Notes: generated by a model not told the origin, from the sequence alone. Positions 9,578-20,252 are shown, counted from the first letter of the stretch. The stretch is 46,493 nucleotides of DNA from Crocinitomicaceae bacterium (GCA_024643585.1 JAHEMP010000001.1:1-46493), one strand, 5' to 3'. Numbers and translations: made by a program.

Positions 9578-12157
9578 ATGGCAGACGGAGAAAGAATAAT
9601 ACAAATTAATATTGAGGATGAAATGAAATCAGCTTACATCGATTATTCGATGTCAGTTATCGTTTCAAGAGCACTTCCAGATGTGCGAGATGGTTTCAAA
9701 CCAGTACACAGACGTGTATTGTATGGAATGCACGACTTGGGGTTGGCTTCTAACAGAGCACACAAAAAATCGGCAAGAATCGTTGGTGAGGTACTAGGAA
9801 AATATCACCCACACGGCGACAGTTCAGTATACGACACTATGGTACGTATGGCTCAACCTTGGTCATTACGCTATCCGCTAGTGGATGGACAAGGTAACTT
9901 CGGTTCCGTAGACGGAGATAGCCCCGCAGCAATGCGTTATACCGAGGCGCGATTACGGAAGATTGCGGAAGAAATGCTTGACGATTTAGACAAAGAGACG
10001 GTCGACTTTAGACCCAACTTTGACGAAAGTTTGACAGAGCCTTCTGTACTTCCTTCAAAAATTCCAAATTTGTTGATGAACGGTGCTAGTGGAATAGCCG
10101 TAGGTATGGCCACAAATATGGCGCCTCACAACCTTTCAGAATGTGTTGATGGAATTCATGCTTATATTGACAACCCTGAAATAGATCCAGAAGAGTTAAT
10201 CAAATTTGTTAAGGCACCAGATTTCCCAACGGGAGGTATCATATATGGTTACGAAGGTGTTAAAGACGCCTTGCTTACAGGTCGCGGACGAATTGTAATG
10301 CGAGCCAAAGCCGAAATAGAAGAAGACAAAGGCAGAGAACAAATAATCGTTACTGAAATTCCTTACCAAGTAAATAAATCAGATTTAATAAAAAAATCTG
10401 CTGACCTGGTGAACGACAAAAAAATTGAAGGAATATCTGATATTCGCGATGAGTCAGATAGAAACGGAATGCGCATCGTTTATGAATTGAAACGTGATGC
10501 TATTCCAAATGTCGTTTTAAACAAGTTGTACAAATTCACAGCATTACAGACATCCTTCTCGGTTAACAATATTTGTTTGGTTGATGGTCGTCCTGAGCTT
10601 TTGAATTTAAAGCAATTAATACATTATTTCGTTGAGTTCAGACACGAGGTTATCGTTCGTCGTACAACCTATCAATTGCGAAAAGCTGAAGAAAGAGCGC
10701 ATATATTAGAAGGTCTTATTATTGCTTCAGACAATATAGATGAAGTAATAGCGATTATTCGTTCATCGAAAAGTCCAGACGAGGCGCGTGAGCGATTGAT
10801 GGAAAGATTTGCATTGTCTGATATTCAATCAAGAGCAATAGTTGAAATGCGTTTACGCCAACTTACTGGCCTTGAGCAAGATAAATTGCGATCTGAATAC
10901 GATGAGTTGACCAAACTAATTGCAGACTTAAAAGACATTCTTTCGAATGAGGAAAGAAGAATGCAAATTATAAAGGATGAGCTTACTGAGATAAAAGAAA
11001 AATACGGTGATGAACGTCGCTCAAGAATCGAATATTCTGCAAGCGAAATGCGAATTGAAGATTTGATTGCGGATGACGAAGTGGTAATTACCATATCGCA
11101 TGCTGGATACATCAAACGCACCAGTTTGTCCGAATACAAAGTTCAAAATCGTGGTGGTATGGGATCGAAAGGTTCCACCACACGCGACAAAGACTTCTTA
11201 GAGCATCTATTTGTTGCAACCAATCATAACTATCTTTTGATTTTCACAGAAAAAGGTAGATGTTTCTGGATGCGAATTTTCGAAATTCCTGAAGGCAATA
11301 AAATTGCAAAAGGCAGAGCAATTCAAAATCTAATCAATATTGAACAAGACGATAAAGTGAAAGCTTATGTCAAAGTTCAAGATTTGACCGATAAGGAGTA
11401 TGTTGACAATAACTTTATCATTATGGCTACCAAAAATGGAGTCATCAAGAAAACAAGTTTAGCAGCATATTCTCGACCAAGAATAAATGGAATAAACGCC
11501 ATTACTGTTCGTGAAGGAGATGAATTATTAGAAGCTAAATTAACCAATGGGTCAAATGAAATCGTTTTGGCAACTTCTTCTGGAAGAGCAATCCGATTCA
11601 ATGAAGAAAAGGTTAGACCGATGGGAAGAAATGCGTCTGGTGTGCGAGGTGTCACCTTGAAAGATGATCAAGACGCCGTTATAGGTATGCTATGCGTAGA
11701 AGATGTATTCTCTACTGTCTTAGTCGTTTCTGAAAATGGTTACGGGAAACGTACGTATTTGAACGACCCAGAGGACAAAGAGCCTGTTTACCGAATAACG
11801 AATCGTGGAGGTAAAGGGGTTAAAACATTGAACATTACAGATAAAACTGGTCCATTGTTGTCTATCAAAAATGTTGAGGATGATGAAGATTTAATGATCA
11901 TCACCAAAGCAGGAATTACAATTCGTATGCACATTGACACAATTCGAACAATGGGTCGCTCTGCTCAAGGCGTGCGATTGATTAACCTAAAAGGTAGCGC
12001 ATCTATAGCGGCTATTGCTCGTGTTCCGAGAAGTGAAGAAGAGGAAGAAGTTTACGATGAGGATGGAAATCTAATTGAAAATACTACTGATTCTGACGAA
12101 AATTCTGACGAAAAAACAAATGGCACGAATATTGAAAACGATACAGATGTGGAATAA
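9578..12157 (+). CDS. gyrA: DNA gyrase subunit A
   Basis: [20 protein letters not shown], active-site [11 protein letters not shown]-terminal beta-pinwheel repeats and an acidic tail. Length is 859 aa. Confidence 0.97.
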   Translation: MADGERIIQINIEDEMKSAYIDYSMSVIVSRALPDVRDGFKPVHRRVLYGMHDLGLASNRAHKKSARIVGEVLGKYHPHGDSSVYDTMVRMAQPWSLRYPLVDGQGNFGSVDGDSPAAMRYTEARLRKIAEEMLDDLDKETVDFRPNFDESLTEPSVLPSKIPNLLMNGASGIAVGMATNMAPHNLSECVDGIHAYIDNPEIDPEELIKFVKAPDFPTGGIIYGYEGVKDALLTGRGRIVMRAKAEIEEDKGREQIIVTEIPYQVNKSDLIKKSADLVNDKKIEGISDIRDESDRNGMRIVYELKRDAIPNVVLNKLYKFTALQTSFSVNNICLVDGRPELLNLKQLIHYFVEFRHEVIVRRTTYQLRKAEERAHILEGLIIASDNIDEVIAIIRSSKSPDEARERLMERFALSDIQSRAIVEMRLRQLTGLEQDKLRSEYDELTKLIADLKDILSNEERRMQIIKDELTEIKEKYGDERRSRIEYSASEMRIEDLIADDEVVITISHAGYIKRTSLSEYKVQNRGGMGSKGSTTRDKDFLEHLFVATNHNYLLIFTEKGRCFWMRIFEIPEGNKIAKGRAIQNLINIEQDDKVKAYVKVQDLTDKEYVDNNFIIMATKNGVIKKTSLAAYSRPRINGINAITVREGDELLEAKLTNGSNEIVLATSSGRAIRFNEEKVRPMGRNASGVRGVTLKDDQDAVIGMLCVEDVFSTVLVVSENGYGKRTYLNDPEDKEPVYRITNRGGKGVKTLNITDKTGPLLSIKNVEDDEDLMIITKAGITIRMHIDTIRTMGRSAQGVRLINLKGSASIAAIARVPRSEEEEEVYDEDGNLIENTTDSDENSDEKTNGTNIENDTDVE

Positions 12158-12182
12158 TTAATATTTTTGCATCAGTATTAAA

Positions 12183-13391
12183 ATGAAAAAAAGAAAAATG
12201 AAAAATTCAATACTTGTTGGGACCTTATTATTAAGTACCCTTTCATTCGGACAAAAGAAAAATGAAACTTCTGCTGCGGTAGAATTTAAAAATAAATTTG
12301 CGCCTGCTTTTCAATCCCAAGATTTCGAAACAGCTAAAAAATCAATTTTGAGTGCAAAAGAATTTATCGATCTTGCAGCCGAACATCCGGATACGAAAGA
12401 ATCATCAAAGACTCAATATTACAAAGGTGAAATTTATTTAGGAGTTTTAAGTTTAGCTGTTGCTTCTGGCGATGCTTATTTAACTGAATTGGCAACACCT
12501 GAATTCAAGCAAGAGGGTGTTGATGCATTTAAAAAATCGTACAATACAGATAAAAAATATCAATCAGATGTTGCTGACGCTGTCTATAGAGCACGTGTAC
12601 TTTTTGACAAAAGCGCAAATACAGCATACACGGCAGGTGATTTCGCTAGCGCCGCGAATTCTTACGAATGGCAAGCTAAATTTAGCGATGCAACTAATGA
12701 GTTGGATAGTAACGCAGTATTTTATTCCTCCGTATGTTACGAAAAAGCTGAGGACTACCCCAATGCAGCTAAAGGTTATTTGACCTTAGCAAAAGCAGGT
12801 TATAAAGGAGCTGTATCCTACAATTTAGCTTCTGGTGCATTTCGAAAAGCCGGAGACATCGAGAAAGCGAAAAGCATCATTGCTGAAGGACGTAAATTGT
12901 ATCCAAACGACAGAGATCTTTTGTTGGAACTTGTAAACATTAACATTGACGCAAACAATCCAGCTGGCGCTGAGGCCGCACTAGCAGAAGCAATTGCCGC
13001 TGACCCAAACAACAAGCAATTGTTCTATACAATTGGAACCATTTACATTGAAATGAAGGAGAATGAAAAAGCGGAAAAATCTTTGAACAGAGCTTTAGAA
13101 ATTGATCCTGATTACGTGGACGCACTTTATCAATTAGGTGCTCATTTAGTTTCTTGGGCCGGCGATATGAAAACTGAGGCAAACAGTTTGAAGCTTGGAG
13201 ATTACAAATACGATGTTTTATTGGCACAAAGTAATGAAGCCTACAAAAGAGCTGTAGCTCCCTTGGAAAAATATATCGCAAAATTTCCAAAGGACAAGGC
13301 CGTACTAAACATCTTATTCCAATTGCACCGAAGTCTTGGAAATACCGAGAAAGCGATGGAATACAAAGCACGATACGAAGCAGCCGAATAA
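12183..13391 (+). CDS. Tetratricopeptide-repeat protein with a signal peptide
   Basis: Signal peptide MKNSILVGTLLLSTLSFGQ. TPR-like AxxYxxAlxxdPnn segments include ALAEAIAADPNN and LNRALEIDPDY. The start lies 25 nt after the gyrA stop. Confidence 0.7.
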   Translation: MKKRKMKNSILVGTLLLSTLSFGQKKNETSAAVEFKNKFAPAFQSQDFETAKKSILSAKEFIDLAAEHPDTKESSKTQYYKGEIYLGVLSLAVASGDAYLTELATPEFKQEGVDAFKKSYNTDKKYQSDVADAVYRARVLFDKSANTAYTAGDFASAANSYEWQAKFSDATNELDSNAVFYSSVCYEKAEDYPNAAKGYLTLAKAGYKGAVSYNLASGAFRKAGDIEKAKSIIAEGRKLYPNDRDLLLELVNINIDANNPAGAEAALAEAIAADPNNKQLFYTIGTIYIEMKENEKAEKSLNRALEIDPDYVDALYQLGAHLVSWAGDMKTEANSLKLGDYKYDVLLAQSNEAYKRAVAPLEKYIAKFPKDKAVLNILFQLHRSLGNTEKAMEYKARYEAAE

Positions 13392-13411
13392 TATTCAAAA
13401 TATCCTTGAAA

Positions 13412-13443
13412 AGAGACTTCAATTTGGAGTCTCTTTTTTTTGT
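13412..13443 (+). terminator. Rho-independent terminator after the gyrA-TPR unit
   Basis: gagacttc / ggagtctc stem with a 5-nt loop, followed by a T9 run. Confidence 0.7.
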
Positions 13444-13461
13444 TCATAATTTCAAAATTGG

Positions 13462-13493
13462 TTTGCAAATTCAAATCAATCTACGTATCTTTG
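13462..13493 (+). promoter_or_regulatory. Candidate rpsA promoter (-33 TTTG, 20-nt spacer, -7 TATCTTTG)
   Basis: TTTG at 13462-13465 and TATCTTTG at 13486-13493 fit the Bacteroidota TTTG-N19-21-TAnnTTTG consensus. The implied leader is about 80 nt. Confidence 0.5.
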
Positions 13494-13579
13494 CACCCTC
13501 AAAATGAGCTCCTTGTACGCTCTTTTTATTTACACTTTCAATTGGCAAGGCAATTGGGATACAAATTAAGAAAGCCAAA

Positions 13580-15370
13580 ATGGCAAAAAACACACAAACG
13601 CAGGGAACTGCAGATTTCGATTGGGACGCGTTAGACCTAGATGGTTACACGAAAATCGAACGTTCAGAATACTCTGACAAGTACGAAGAAACATTAACTT
13701 CAATCGTTGAGAGAGAAGTATTGGAAGGTACCGTAGTAGCTTTGAACAAAAAAGAAGCAGTAATCAACATCGGATACAAATCTGAGGGTGTTATTCCTGC
13801 CAACGAATTCCGTTACAATCCAGACTTAAAAGTTGGAGATGCTGTTGACATTTATGTTGAATGTCAAGAAGATAAAAACGGACAATTGATTATTTCTCAC
13901 AAAACAGCAAGAATGCACAAAGCGTGGATTCATGTAAACAATGTTTTGAAAACAGGAGAAATCATTACTGGTTTTGTTAAATGTCGTACGAAAGGAGGTT
14001 TGATCGTTGATGTATTTGGTTTAGAAGCATTCTTGCCAGGTTCTCAAATTGATGTTAAACCTATTCGTGACTATGATATCTATGTTGGTAAAAACATGGA
14101 GTTCAAAGTTGTTAAGATCAACCAAGAGTTCAGAAACGTAGTTGTTTCTCACAAAGCATTGATCGAGGCAGAATTGGAAGAACAAAAGAAAACAATTATT
14201 GCTGGTCTAGAAAAAGGTCAAGTTTTGGAAGGTATCGTGAAAAACGTTACTTCTTACGGTGTATTCATCGACTTGGGTGGTGTAGACGGCTTGATTCACA
14301 TCACAGATTTATCATGGGGACGTGTTAATCACCCAGAAGAAATCGTTGAATTGGATCAAAAATTGAATGTTGTAATCTTAGACTTCGATGATGATAAAAA
14401 ACGTATCGCACTTGGTTTAAAACAATTGCAACCACATCCATGGGATGCTTTAGACGGCGGCTTGAACGTTGGTGACAAAGTTTCTGGTAAAGTAGTGGTT
14501 ATGGCTGATTACGGTGCATTCGTTGAAATCGCTCCAGGCGTAGAAGGATTGATTCACGTTTCAGAAATGAGCTGGTCTCAACACTTGCGTTCTGCTCAAG
14601 ATTTCATAAATGTTGGTGATTCAGTTGAAGCTGTTATCTTAACTTTGGATAGAGAAGAAAGAAAAATGTCTTTGGGTATCAAACAATTGATGCCAGATCC
14701 ATGGGAAGGTATCGAAGCGAAATACTCTGTAAATTCTCGCCACAATGCAAAAGTTCGCAATTTCACTAATTTCGGTGTATTCGTTGAACTTGAAGAAGGT
14801 GTTGACGGATTAATCCATATTTCTGACCTTTCTTGGCAGAAAAAAATCAAACATCCATCAGAATTCTGCAAAGTAGGAGACGATATGGAAGTTGTGGTTT
14901 TGGAAATCGATAGAGAAAACAGAAGAATTTCTTTGGGTCATAAACAATTAGAGGAAAATCCATGGGAAGTGTTTGCAACCATCTTCGGAGAAGGTTCAGT
15001 ACACCAAGGAACAATAATTGAAAACAAAGATAAATCTGGTATCGTAGCTTTGCCTTACGGTGTTGAGGGTATTTGCCCAGCTAAACACTTGAGAAAAGAA
15101 GATGGAACGAATGCTAAAATTGAAGAAACTTTAGATTTCAAAGTTATTGAATTCAATAAAGATTCTAAGAAAATAGTCGTTTCTCATACACGTACTTTCG
15201 AAGAAGGAGAAGATCGTCCAACAGCGAAAGCAGGAGGTTCTAAAAAATCTGCTGGCGGAAGTAGTTCTTCTAACGCAGTGAATACTTTGAATAGCAGCAA
15301 TGAAAAATCTACTTTAGGAGATTTGGATGCGTTGTCTGATTTGAAAAAGAAAATGGAAGGCGGAAAATAA
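13580..15370 (+). CDS. rpsA: 30S ribosomal protein S1
   Basis: Six S1 (OB-fold) repeats with recurring GxVxxxxxxGxFVxL..GxxGLIHxS. Length is 596 aa. Confidence 0.95.
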   Translation: MAKNTQTQGTADFDWDALDLDGYTKIERSEYSDKYEETLTSIVEREVLEGTVVALNKKEAVINIGYKSEGVIPANEFRYNPDLKVGDAVDIYVECQEDKNGQLIISHKTARMHKAWIHVNNVLKTGEIITGFVKCRTKGGLIVDVFGLEAFLPGSQIDVKPIRDYDIYVGKNMEFKVVKINQEFRNVVVSHKALIEAELEEQKKTIIAGLEKGQVLEGIVKNVTSYGVFIDLGGVDGLIHITDLSWGRVNHPEEIVELDQKLNVVILDFDDDKKRIALGLKQLQPHPWDALDGGLNVGDKVSGKVVVMADYGAFVEIAPGVEGLIHVSEMSWSQHLRSAQDFINVGDSVEAVILTLDREERKMSLGIKQLMPDPWEGIEAKYSVNSRHNAKVRNFTNFGVFVELEEGVDGLIHISDLSWQKKIKHPSEFCKVGDDMEVVVLEIDRENRRISLGHKQLEENPWEVFATIFGEGSVHQGTIIENKDKSGIVALPYGVEGICPAKHLRKEDGTNAKIEETLDFKVIEFNKDSKKIVVSHTRTFEEGEDRPTAKAGGSKKSAGGSSSSNAVNTLNSSNEKSTLGDLDALSDLKKKMEGGK

Positions 15371-15393
15371 ATTCCACTAACTATAGATATGAA

Positions 15394-15430
15394 AATGCCT
15401 TTGTCCTTTCGGACGGAGGCATTTTTTTTG
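15394..15430 (+). terminator. Rho-independent terminator of rpsA
   Basis: aatgcctttgtcc-tttc-ggacggaggcatt hairpin followed by T8. Confidence 0.75.
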
Positions 15431-15559
15431 GTTTGCACCTTGTAAAAAAGAAGAAATGAAAAATATTTAATCAACAGAATTTCATTCTTGAACAACAACC
15501 AAAATCTTCCTTATTTAACCAAATTTGCATAACTCATTTATTTTCACTATATTCTGACT

Positions 15560-15934
15560 ATGATAAGTACAGAAAAATTAGAAAACAAAGCATTTTTAGA
15601 AAAATCAATTCAACATTTAGAAACCAAAGGGTATGAAAACATTAAAGCAGATACCGAAGGTTATGAAACTCCAAAAACATACGTAAGAAAAGGAAGCAAC
15701 AGCAAAATAACGCCAGACATTGTCGCTGAAAAGAATGGACGTAGACATTTTTTCGATATCAGTTTAAAATCCAGTAATGAAACACTTTTAAAATCGAAAT
15801 GGCTTTTTCTAGAAACACTTAGCAAAATAAAATCCGGTAGTTTTAGATTGATAACTACACATGGACATTATAAATTCACAGACAACATGTTAAGTGATAT
15901 TCATTTGGAGAATAAAACTCCAATTAAAATATAA
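15560..15934 (+). CDS. Hypothetical 124-aa cytoplasmic protein, possibly a restriction-endonuclease-like (PD-(D/E)xK) fold
   Basis: No signal peptide. LETKGYENIK ... TPDIVAEKNGRRHFFDISLKS resembles the core of Hjc/YraN-type small nucleases, but the acidic residue of the ExK element is not canonical. Confidence 0.35.
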   Translation: MISTEKLENKAFLEKSIQHLETKGYENIKADTEGYETPKTYVRKGSNSKITPDIVAEKNGRRHFFDISLKSSNETLLKSKWLFLETLSKIKSGSFRLITTHGHYKFTDNMLSDIHLENKTPIKI

Positions 15935-15961
15935 AGTAAGCTCTCTGAAATTAAAATCTAT

Positions 15962-15996
15962 AAAAAAAGCCCCTCAAATTGAAGGGCTTTTTTTTA
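15962..15996. terminator. Bidirectional terminator between 15560-15934 (+) and the thioredoxin gene (-)
   Basis: aaaaaaagccc ... gggcttttttt stem, with an A-run on one side and a T-run on the other. Confidence 0.7.
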
Positions 15997-16005
15997 TTTT
16001 CGAAT

Positions 16006-16458
16006 TTATTTTCTCATCTCCGCATGCATTAAGAGAGCATCTGAATTTTGATAGCCTACAACGGTTTTTATCAATTTCCCTTCCGCATTTATGAAAATCA
16101 TAGTCGGATAGGCACGAATGCCATATGCGCGACTTACGAATGGCCCATCCTCATCCTTTTCTGCATCAATCTTTAAATTGATGAATTTATCGTTGTATAC
16201 CTTTCCTACATTTTCGTCCATAAAAGGACCTTTTGCCATCATTTTACATGGACCACACCATGCAGTATAAACATCAATAAAAATTAACTTTTTCGTTTCT
16301 TTTGCCAATTTCTTTGCCTCATCCAAACTCATATGTTTGAAATTGATACCCGAAACTTCAGTGTTTTTTACTACTGTATCCCCTATTTTAAAATTGGTAA
16401 ATGCAAAACTCACAAATGTAATAGCGAACAAAACCGAACCTATGATGACTTTTTTCAT
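16006..16458 (-). CDS. Exported thioredoxin-family protein
   Basis: N-terminal signal peptide and a WCGPC active site. Confidence 0.85.
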   Translation of the reverse strand: MKKVIIGSVLFAITFVSFAFTNFKIGDTVVKNTEVSGINFKHMSLDEAKKLAKETKKLIFIDVYTAWCGPCKMMAKGPFMDENVGKVYNDKFINLKIDAEKDEDGPFVSRAYGIRAYPTMIFINAEGKLIKTVVGYQNSDALLMHAEMRK

Positions 16459-16558
16459 ATCAAATAATTATTTTTCGAATGTATGATTTTTCCAGACAAA
16501 TGCCAATTCAAATGAAAAACCTTAACTTTATTTCGCTTTAAAACAATTTTCATACCAA

Positions 16559-17572
16559 ATGTTTCAACTCTCTTATTCCTCAGATTATCTTTCAGCTCAA
16601 TCTTTGGAATCCGTTTTAAATTGCCTTCAAAACGATATGGAAATTGAATTGCAAACCTCTGGATCGACTGGAAAGCCCAAACGAATTAACTACCCTATTT
16701 CACTTTTAAAGAATTCTGCCAATAAGACAAATGCTTTTTTTGATTTAACATCTCAATCGAACGCTTTACTTTGCATGAATTCTGAGACGATAGCCGGCAA
16801 AATGATGGTCGTTCGAGCTCACCAAGGAAACTACTCTTTGCTAGCCATTAATCCTTCAGCTCGCCCGCTCGCATCCATTCATTCCAATGTTGACTTTGTT
16901 GCCATGGTTCCATTGCAATTGAAGGAATCCCTTATACATGATTTTCAAAAATTAAAAGAAATACGAATCATTTTGATTGGTGGTGGACCTATCTCAAATG
17001 ACTTAGAAAAGTTATTAATCGAAAAAGAAATTACCGTATACCATAGTTTTGGGATGACCGAAACGCTATCCCATATTGCATTGAGAAAGGTTGGGTTTGA
17101 AAATGAAATCTTTTTTCATGCATTACCAGGTATTCATTTTTCTACTGAGAATGACCAATTAATTATCCACGCCCCAGATTTAGGAATTTTAAACCTTGAA
17201 ACCAATGATTTAGTTGAATTGAAAAACAGCACTTCTTTCCGATGGTTGGGGCGTAAAGACTTTGTTATAAATTCCGGCGGTTATAAAATACATCCTGAAC
17301 TTTTGGAAAACACATGGTCAGAAGTTCTGTCCATTCCATATTTCATTTCGAGAGAACCGAGTGAAAAATGGGGCGAAAAGGTGGTCATGTACCTTGAAAG
17401 TGAGGCTTGGCCAGAAATAGATAAAGAGCAGTTGCTTTTGTATTTCAAACCGTATGAGTTACCAAAAAAATACTATCTCTGCAAAAAGTTTATTTATACC
17501 CCTAGCGGAAAAATAAACAGATCGCAAAGTGAACTAATAAATCATATTGATTGCCGTGAAGAGACACTTTGA
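16559..17572 (+). CDS. Short AMP-binding (adenylate-forming) enzyme, MenE-like
   Basis: The SGSTGKPK P-loop sits at residue ~34. Also FGMTET and a C-terminal PSGKINR. At 337 aa it lacks the usual ~120-aa N-terminal segment. Confidence 0.55.
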   Translation: MFQLSYSSDYLSAQSLESVLNCLQNDMEIELQTSGSTGKPKRINYPISLLKNSANKTNAFFDLTSQSNALLCMNSETIAGKMMVVRAHQGNYSLLAINPSARPLASIHSNVDFVAMVPLQLKESLIHDFQKLKEIRIILIGGGPISNDLEKLLIEKEITVYHSFGMTETLSHIALRKVGFENEIFFHALPGIHFSTENDQLIIHAPDLGILNLETNDLVELKNSTSFRWLGRKDFVINSGGYKIHPELLENTWSEVLSIPYFISREPSEKWGEKVVMYLESEAWPEIDKEQLLLYFKPYELPKKYYLCKKFIYTPSGKINRSQSELINHIDCREETL

Positions 17573-18398
17573 CAATCTCGGTCTACCCATGACTGCAACA
17601 AAAGTTGAAGTCAAACGATCGTACCGAAAACTTGCAATGAAGTTGCACCCGGATAAAAATCCACATCCGAATGCCGCTAGTGTTTTCGCAGAGCTTCAAG
17701 TTTCCTACGATTCAATAATGGATTACTTGAATAGCGGTAAAACAGCAACAATAAAAACAAATGACTATCAAAACCCTGAAAAAACGCGCGAGGATCGCAT
17801 AAAGGAGGCCAAAAAACGATATTACGAACAAAAACTAAGGGAAAAACAATCAAACGATAGATATTTCAATAAACTAACCAAGGGGATAAGATGGAAAGTT
17901 TTTAAAACTGGGGGAATCGTCTGCGGTTTATTCGCCTTTTTCTTACTCGCCGATCTTTTTTTGCCAAGCTTTAACGAAAAAGATCAATTTATAGGATGGT
18001 CTCCAAAACAAGTTGGAGGTACAACTACAAGCTTTCCACATCCGATATTTTTAGCTAATAACGGCAAAATCTACATCGAAAATGGATACTTTAATGATTT
18101 TCAGATGTATCCAACAGCGTTTGTTGTCAAATCAAGATTATTACATCTTCCCGTTACTATTATTCATCCAATTGAAGAGGAAATAAAAGCTTATAATCTA
18201 GATTGGTGTTTGAGTGCTGCATTACCGCTTGCGATTATAGTTTTTGCTTTTCCAGTCCTATTATTCTTTTACAAAGAAAAAACACCAAGATTTGTATTTG
18301 CTTATTTTTTAAGTCAGTACATCATTTTTCCGCTTACTGCTATACTTCTATTGACAGACAATCGTTGGCTTCACATGATTACTTTTGGATTGGTTTAG
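17547..18398 (+). CDS. J-domain (DnaJ-like) membrane protein
   Basis: FDNLGLP..EVKRSYRKLAMKLHPDKNP carries the HPD motif. A basic linker and 3-4 C-terminal hydrophobic helices follow. The TTG/GTG start overlaps the upstream gene by about 17-26 nt. Confidence 0.7.
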   Translation: MIAVKRHFDNLGLPMTATKVEVKRSYRKLAMKLHPDKNPHPNAASVFAELQVSYDSIMDYLNSGKTATIKTNDYQNPEKTREDRIKEAKKRYYEQKLREKQSNDRYFNKLTKGIRWKVFKTGGIVCGLFAFFLLADLFLPSFNEKDQFIGWSPKQVGGTTTSFPHPIFLANNGKIYIENGYFNDFQMYPTAFVVKSRLLHLPVTIIHPIEEEIKAYNLDWCLSAALPLAIIVFAFPVLLFFYKEKTPRFVFAYFLSQYIIFPLTAILLLTDNRWLHMITFGLV

Positions 18399-18399
18399 C

Positions 18400-18852
18400 T
18401 CAACTTTTAAGAGCTCTATCCATATCTCGCTTATCGTCCTTGGCTTTTAAATCCTCCCGTTTATCATGGAGTTTTTTACCTTTTGCACAAGCGATATCAA
18501 TTTTAGCCCAACCCTTTTCACTAATGAAAATTTTTAAAGGCACAATGGTATTCCCTTTGTCCTTCATCCATTTTTCGATTTTACCAATTTCCTTTTTGTT
18601 CAAAAGAAGTTTACGGTCTCCCCTTGGTTTATGATGGTAAAAAGACGAATTCTCGTAATCGTTAATAAACATATTGCGAATCCAAACTTCTCCTTTATCA
18701 TATATACAATAAGCTTCTAGAATGCTCGCTTTATTGTTTCGAATACTTTTTATTTCCGTGCCAGAAAGGACCATTCCTGCTGTAAAAGTCTCTTCCAAGT
18801 GGTATTCAAAGCGTGCCCTCTTATTTTTTATGTTGACTTTGGATTTTTCCAT
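18400..18852 (-). CDS. smpB: SsrA-binding protein SmpB
   Basis: NKRARFEYHLEETFTAGMVLSGTEIKSIR and a basic C-terminal tail. Length is 150 aa. Confidence 0.93.
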   Translation of the reverse strand: MEKSKVNIKNKRARFEYHLEETFTAGMVLSGTEIKSIRNNKASILEAYCIYDKGEVWIRNMFINDYENSSFYHHKPRGDRKLLLNKKEIGKIEKWMKDKGNTIVPLKIFISEKGWAKIDIACAKGKKLHDKREDLKAKDDKRDMDRALKS

Positions 18853-18853
18853 A

Positions 18854-19513
18854 TTAGTTGGCTAGAACCTCATTTTGTGAAGTTCCATATTTTTTGATGC
18901 CAAAGTAAAAACAAGATATGCAAGCCCCCATAAACAGATGACTTAAATCGTCTTTGTTTAAAAAGTGATGCAAATTAATCTTCAACCCAAATATGAAAGC
19001 GGAAGGCAATAAAACAATTACTCCAAGTACAATGTAATTTATGCCTTCATAGTTTTTTTGATGCAATTTGTAGGCCATGTATCCACAAAAAACAAGATAA
19101 CTTATGGTTGTATCAACGGCCACAAAAAAGAATTTACCACTTATTACTGCAGCCGCTAAAAGAATAAAAGATTTTATCAATACCAATGATTTCATTTTTT
19201 TTTGTTGACTTGTATTTGGCCAAATTGATATCATTGCAAAGGAAGAAAAAATACCGGCAAAGATACCAAAACTCCAACTAGGAAACTTTCCAGGAATGCC
19301 CGTGTATTGAAAAAACAAATGCCCTAGTCCTCCAAAAAACGTTGATAAGCCCAGCATAAAATAAAAAACTCTCCAATAATCTTGGAATACTGATTCATTT
19401 CTTTTTAAAGTAAAAAAAGCGAAGAATGAGAAAGTTGCAAGCATCCAATTGGTTACTAGAGCAATAGGCTCTTGAAGATGTAAGCCAAATAATTCAAACT
19501 GTATAATTTCCAT
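18854..19513 (-). CDS. Hypothetical 7-TM membrane protein
   Basis: Seven hydrophobic segments and no motif I recognise. Its stop lies 1 nt from the smpB start, so the two are probably co-transcribed. Confidence 0.5.
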   Translation of the reverse strand: MEIIQFELFGLHLQEPIALVTNWMLATFSFFAFFTLKRNESVFQDYWRVFYFMLGLSTFFGGLGHLFFQYTGIPGKFPSWSFGIFAGIFSSFAMISIWPNTSQQKKMKSLVLIKSFILLAAAVISGKFFFVAVDTTISYLVFCGYMAYKLHQKNYEGINYIVLGVIVLLPSAFIFGLKINLHHFLNKDDLSHLFMGACISCFYFGIKKYGTSQNEVLAN

Positions 19514-19640
19514 TCACTTCTAATTGGGAGTGCAAATATAGTGGATTGAAATCAGTTGAATTGTCAATAAATCAAAAAGTTCTTCTCGGAAACCATGATT
19601 TTACAACATTCGATTATTGAATATGATTAACTTTATGGCT

Positions 19641-20252
19641 ATGAAAATTCCTTCAAAATATATCGATGAAGCAGTTGACCAGCTTTCTTCCTTACCTGGA
19701 ATAGGAAAAAAAACTGCTCTTCGATTGGTCCTTCAATTGCTCAATCGTAGTGAAAGTGAAATTGAACGGTTTTCCAATGCTTTTGTAGAAATGAAAAAAG
19801 AAGTAAAAAAATGCAAATCATGTGGAAATATATCGGACTCAGAATTGTGTAGCATTTGTGAAAATCCTGGGCGTGACAATTCGCAAATATGCGTAGTTGA
19901 AGACATTAGAGATATCATGGCTTTGGAATCCACGAATTATTTCAAAGGGATTTATCATGTTTTGGGCGGAATTATTTCGCCAATGGACGGAGTCGGACCA
20001 TCGGATTTAAACATTAATACTCTCTTGAACAAGTTAGAAAATGGGAAAGTGAAAGAAATTATTTTTGCCTTAAGTGCCAATATGGAAGGCGACACAACCA
20101 ACTTTTATTTGTACAAAAAAATGGCTCCTTACAACATTGAAATCACCTGCTTGTCTCGGGGTGTAGCTATCGGAACCGAACTACAATATGCTGACGAATT
20201 AACCTTGGGAAGGTCTTTAATAAATCGGCAGCCTTTCAAACTGAATGAGTAA
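19641..20252 (+). CDS. recR: Recombination protein RecR
   Basis: HhH motif LPGIGKKTALRL, a C4 zinc finger CKSCGN...CSIC and a Toprim region. ATGs at 19623, 19635 and 19641 are all possible starts. Confidence 0.9.
   Translation: MKIPSKYIDEAVDQLSSLPGIGKKTALRLVLQLLNRSESEIERFSNAFVEMKKEVKKCKSCGNISDSELCSICENPGRDNSQICVVEDIRDIMALESTNYFKGIYHVLGGIISPMDGVGPSDLNINTLLNKLENGKVKEIIFALSANMEGDTTNFYLYKKMAPYNIEITCLSRGVAIGTELQYADELTLGRSLINRQPFKLNE

Noticed and set aside
9806-9850. Possible fluoroquinolone-resistance substitutions in the gyrA QRDR
   Set aside because: The motif reads [10 protein letters not shown]. It keeps Ser and Asp at the positions equivalent to E. coli Ser83 and Asp87, so it looks wild type.
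12940-13422. A 160-aa antisense ORF inside the TPR gene, and similar shadow ORFs (for example 18203-18634, 6488-6826, 41972-42301, 2600-2929)
   Set aside because: Each lies opposite or out of frame within a well-supported gene. They have odd composition rich in Cys, Phe and Arg and no motifs, which is typical of chance open frames in AT-rich DNA.
13440-13634. A 64-aa ORF spanning the rpsA leader and start
   Set aside because: It overlaps the candidate rpsA promoter, the leader and the first codons of rpsA in another frame, and it has no coding signature.
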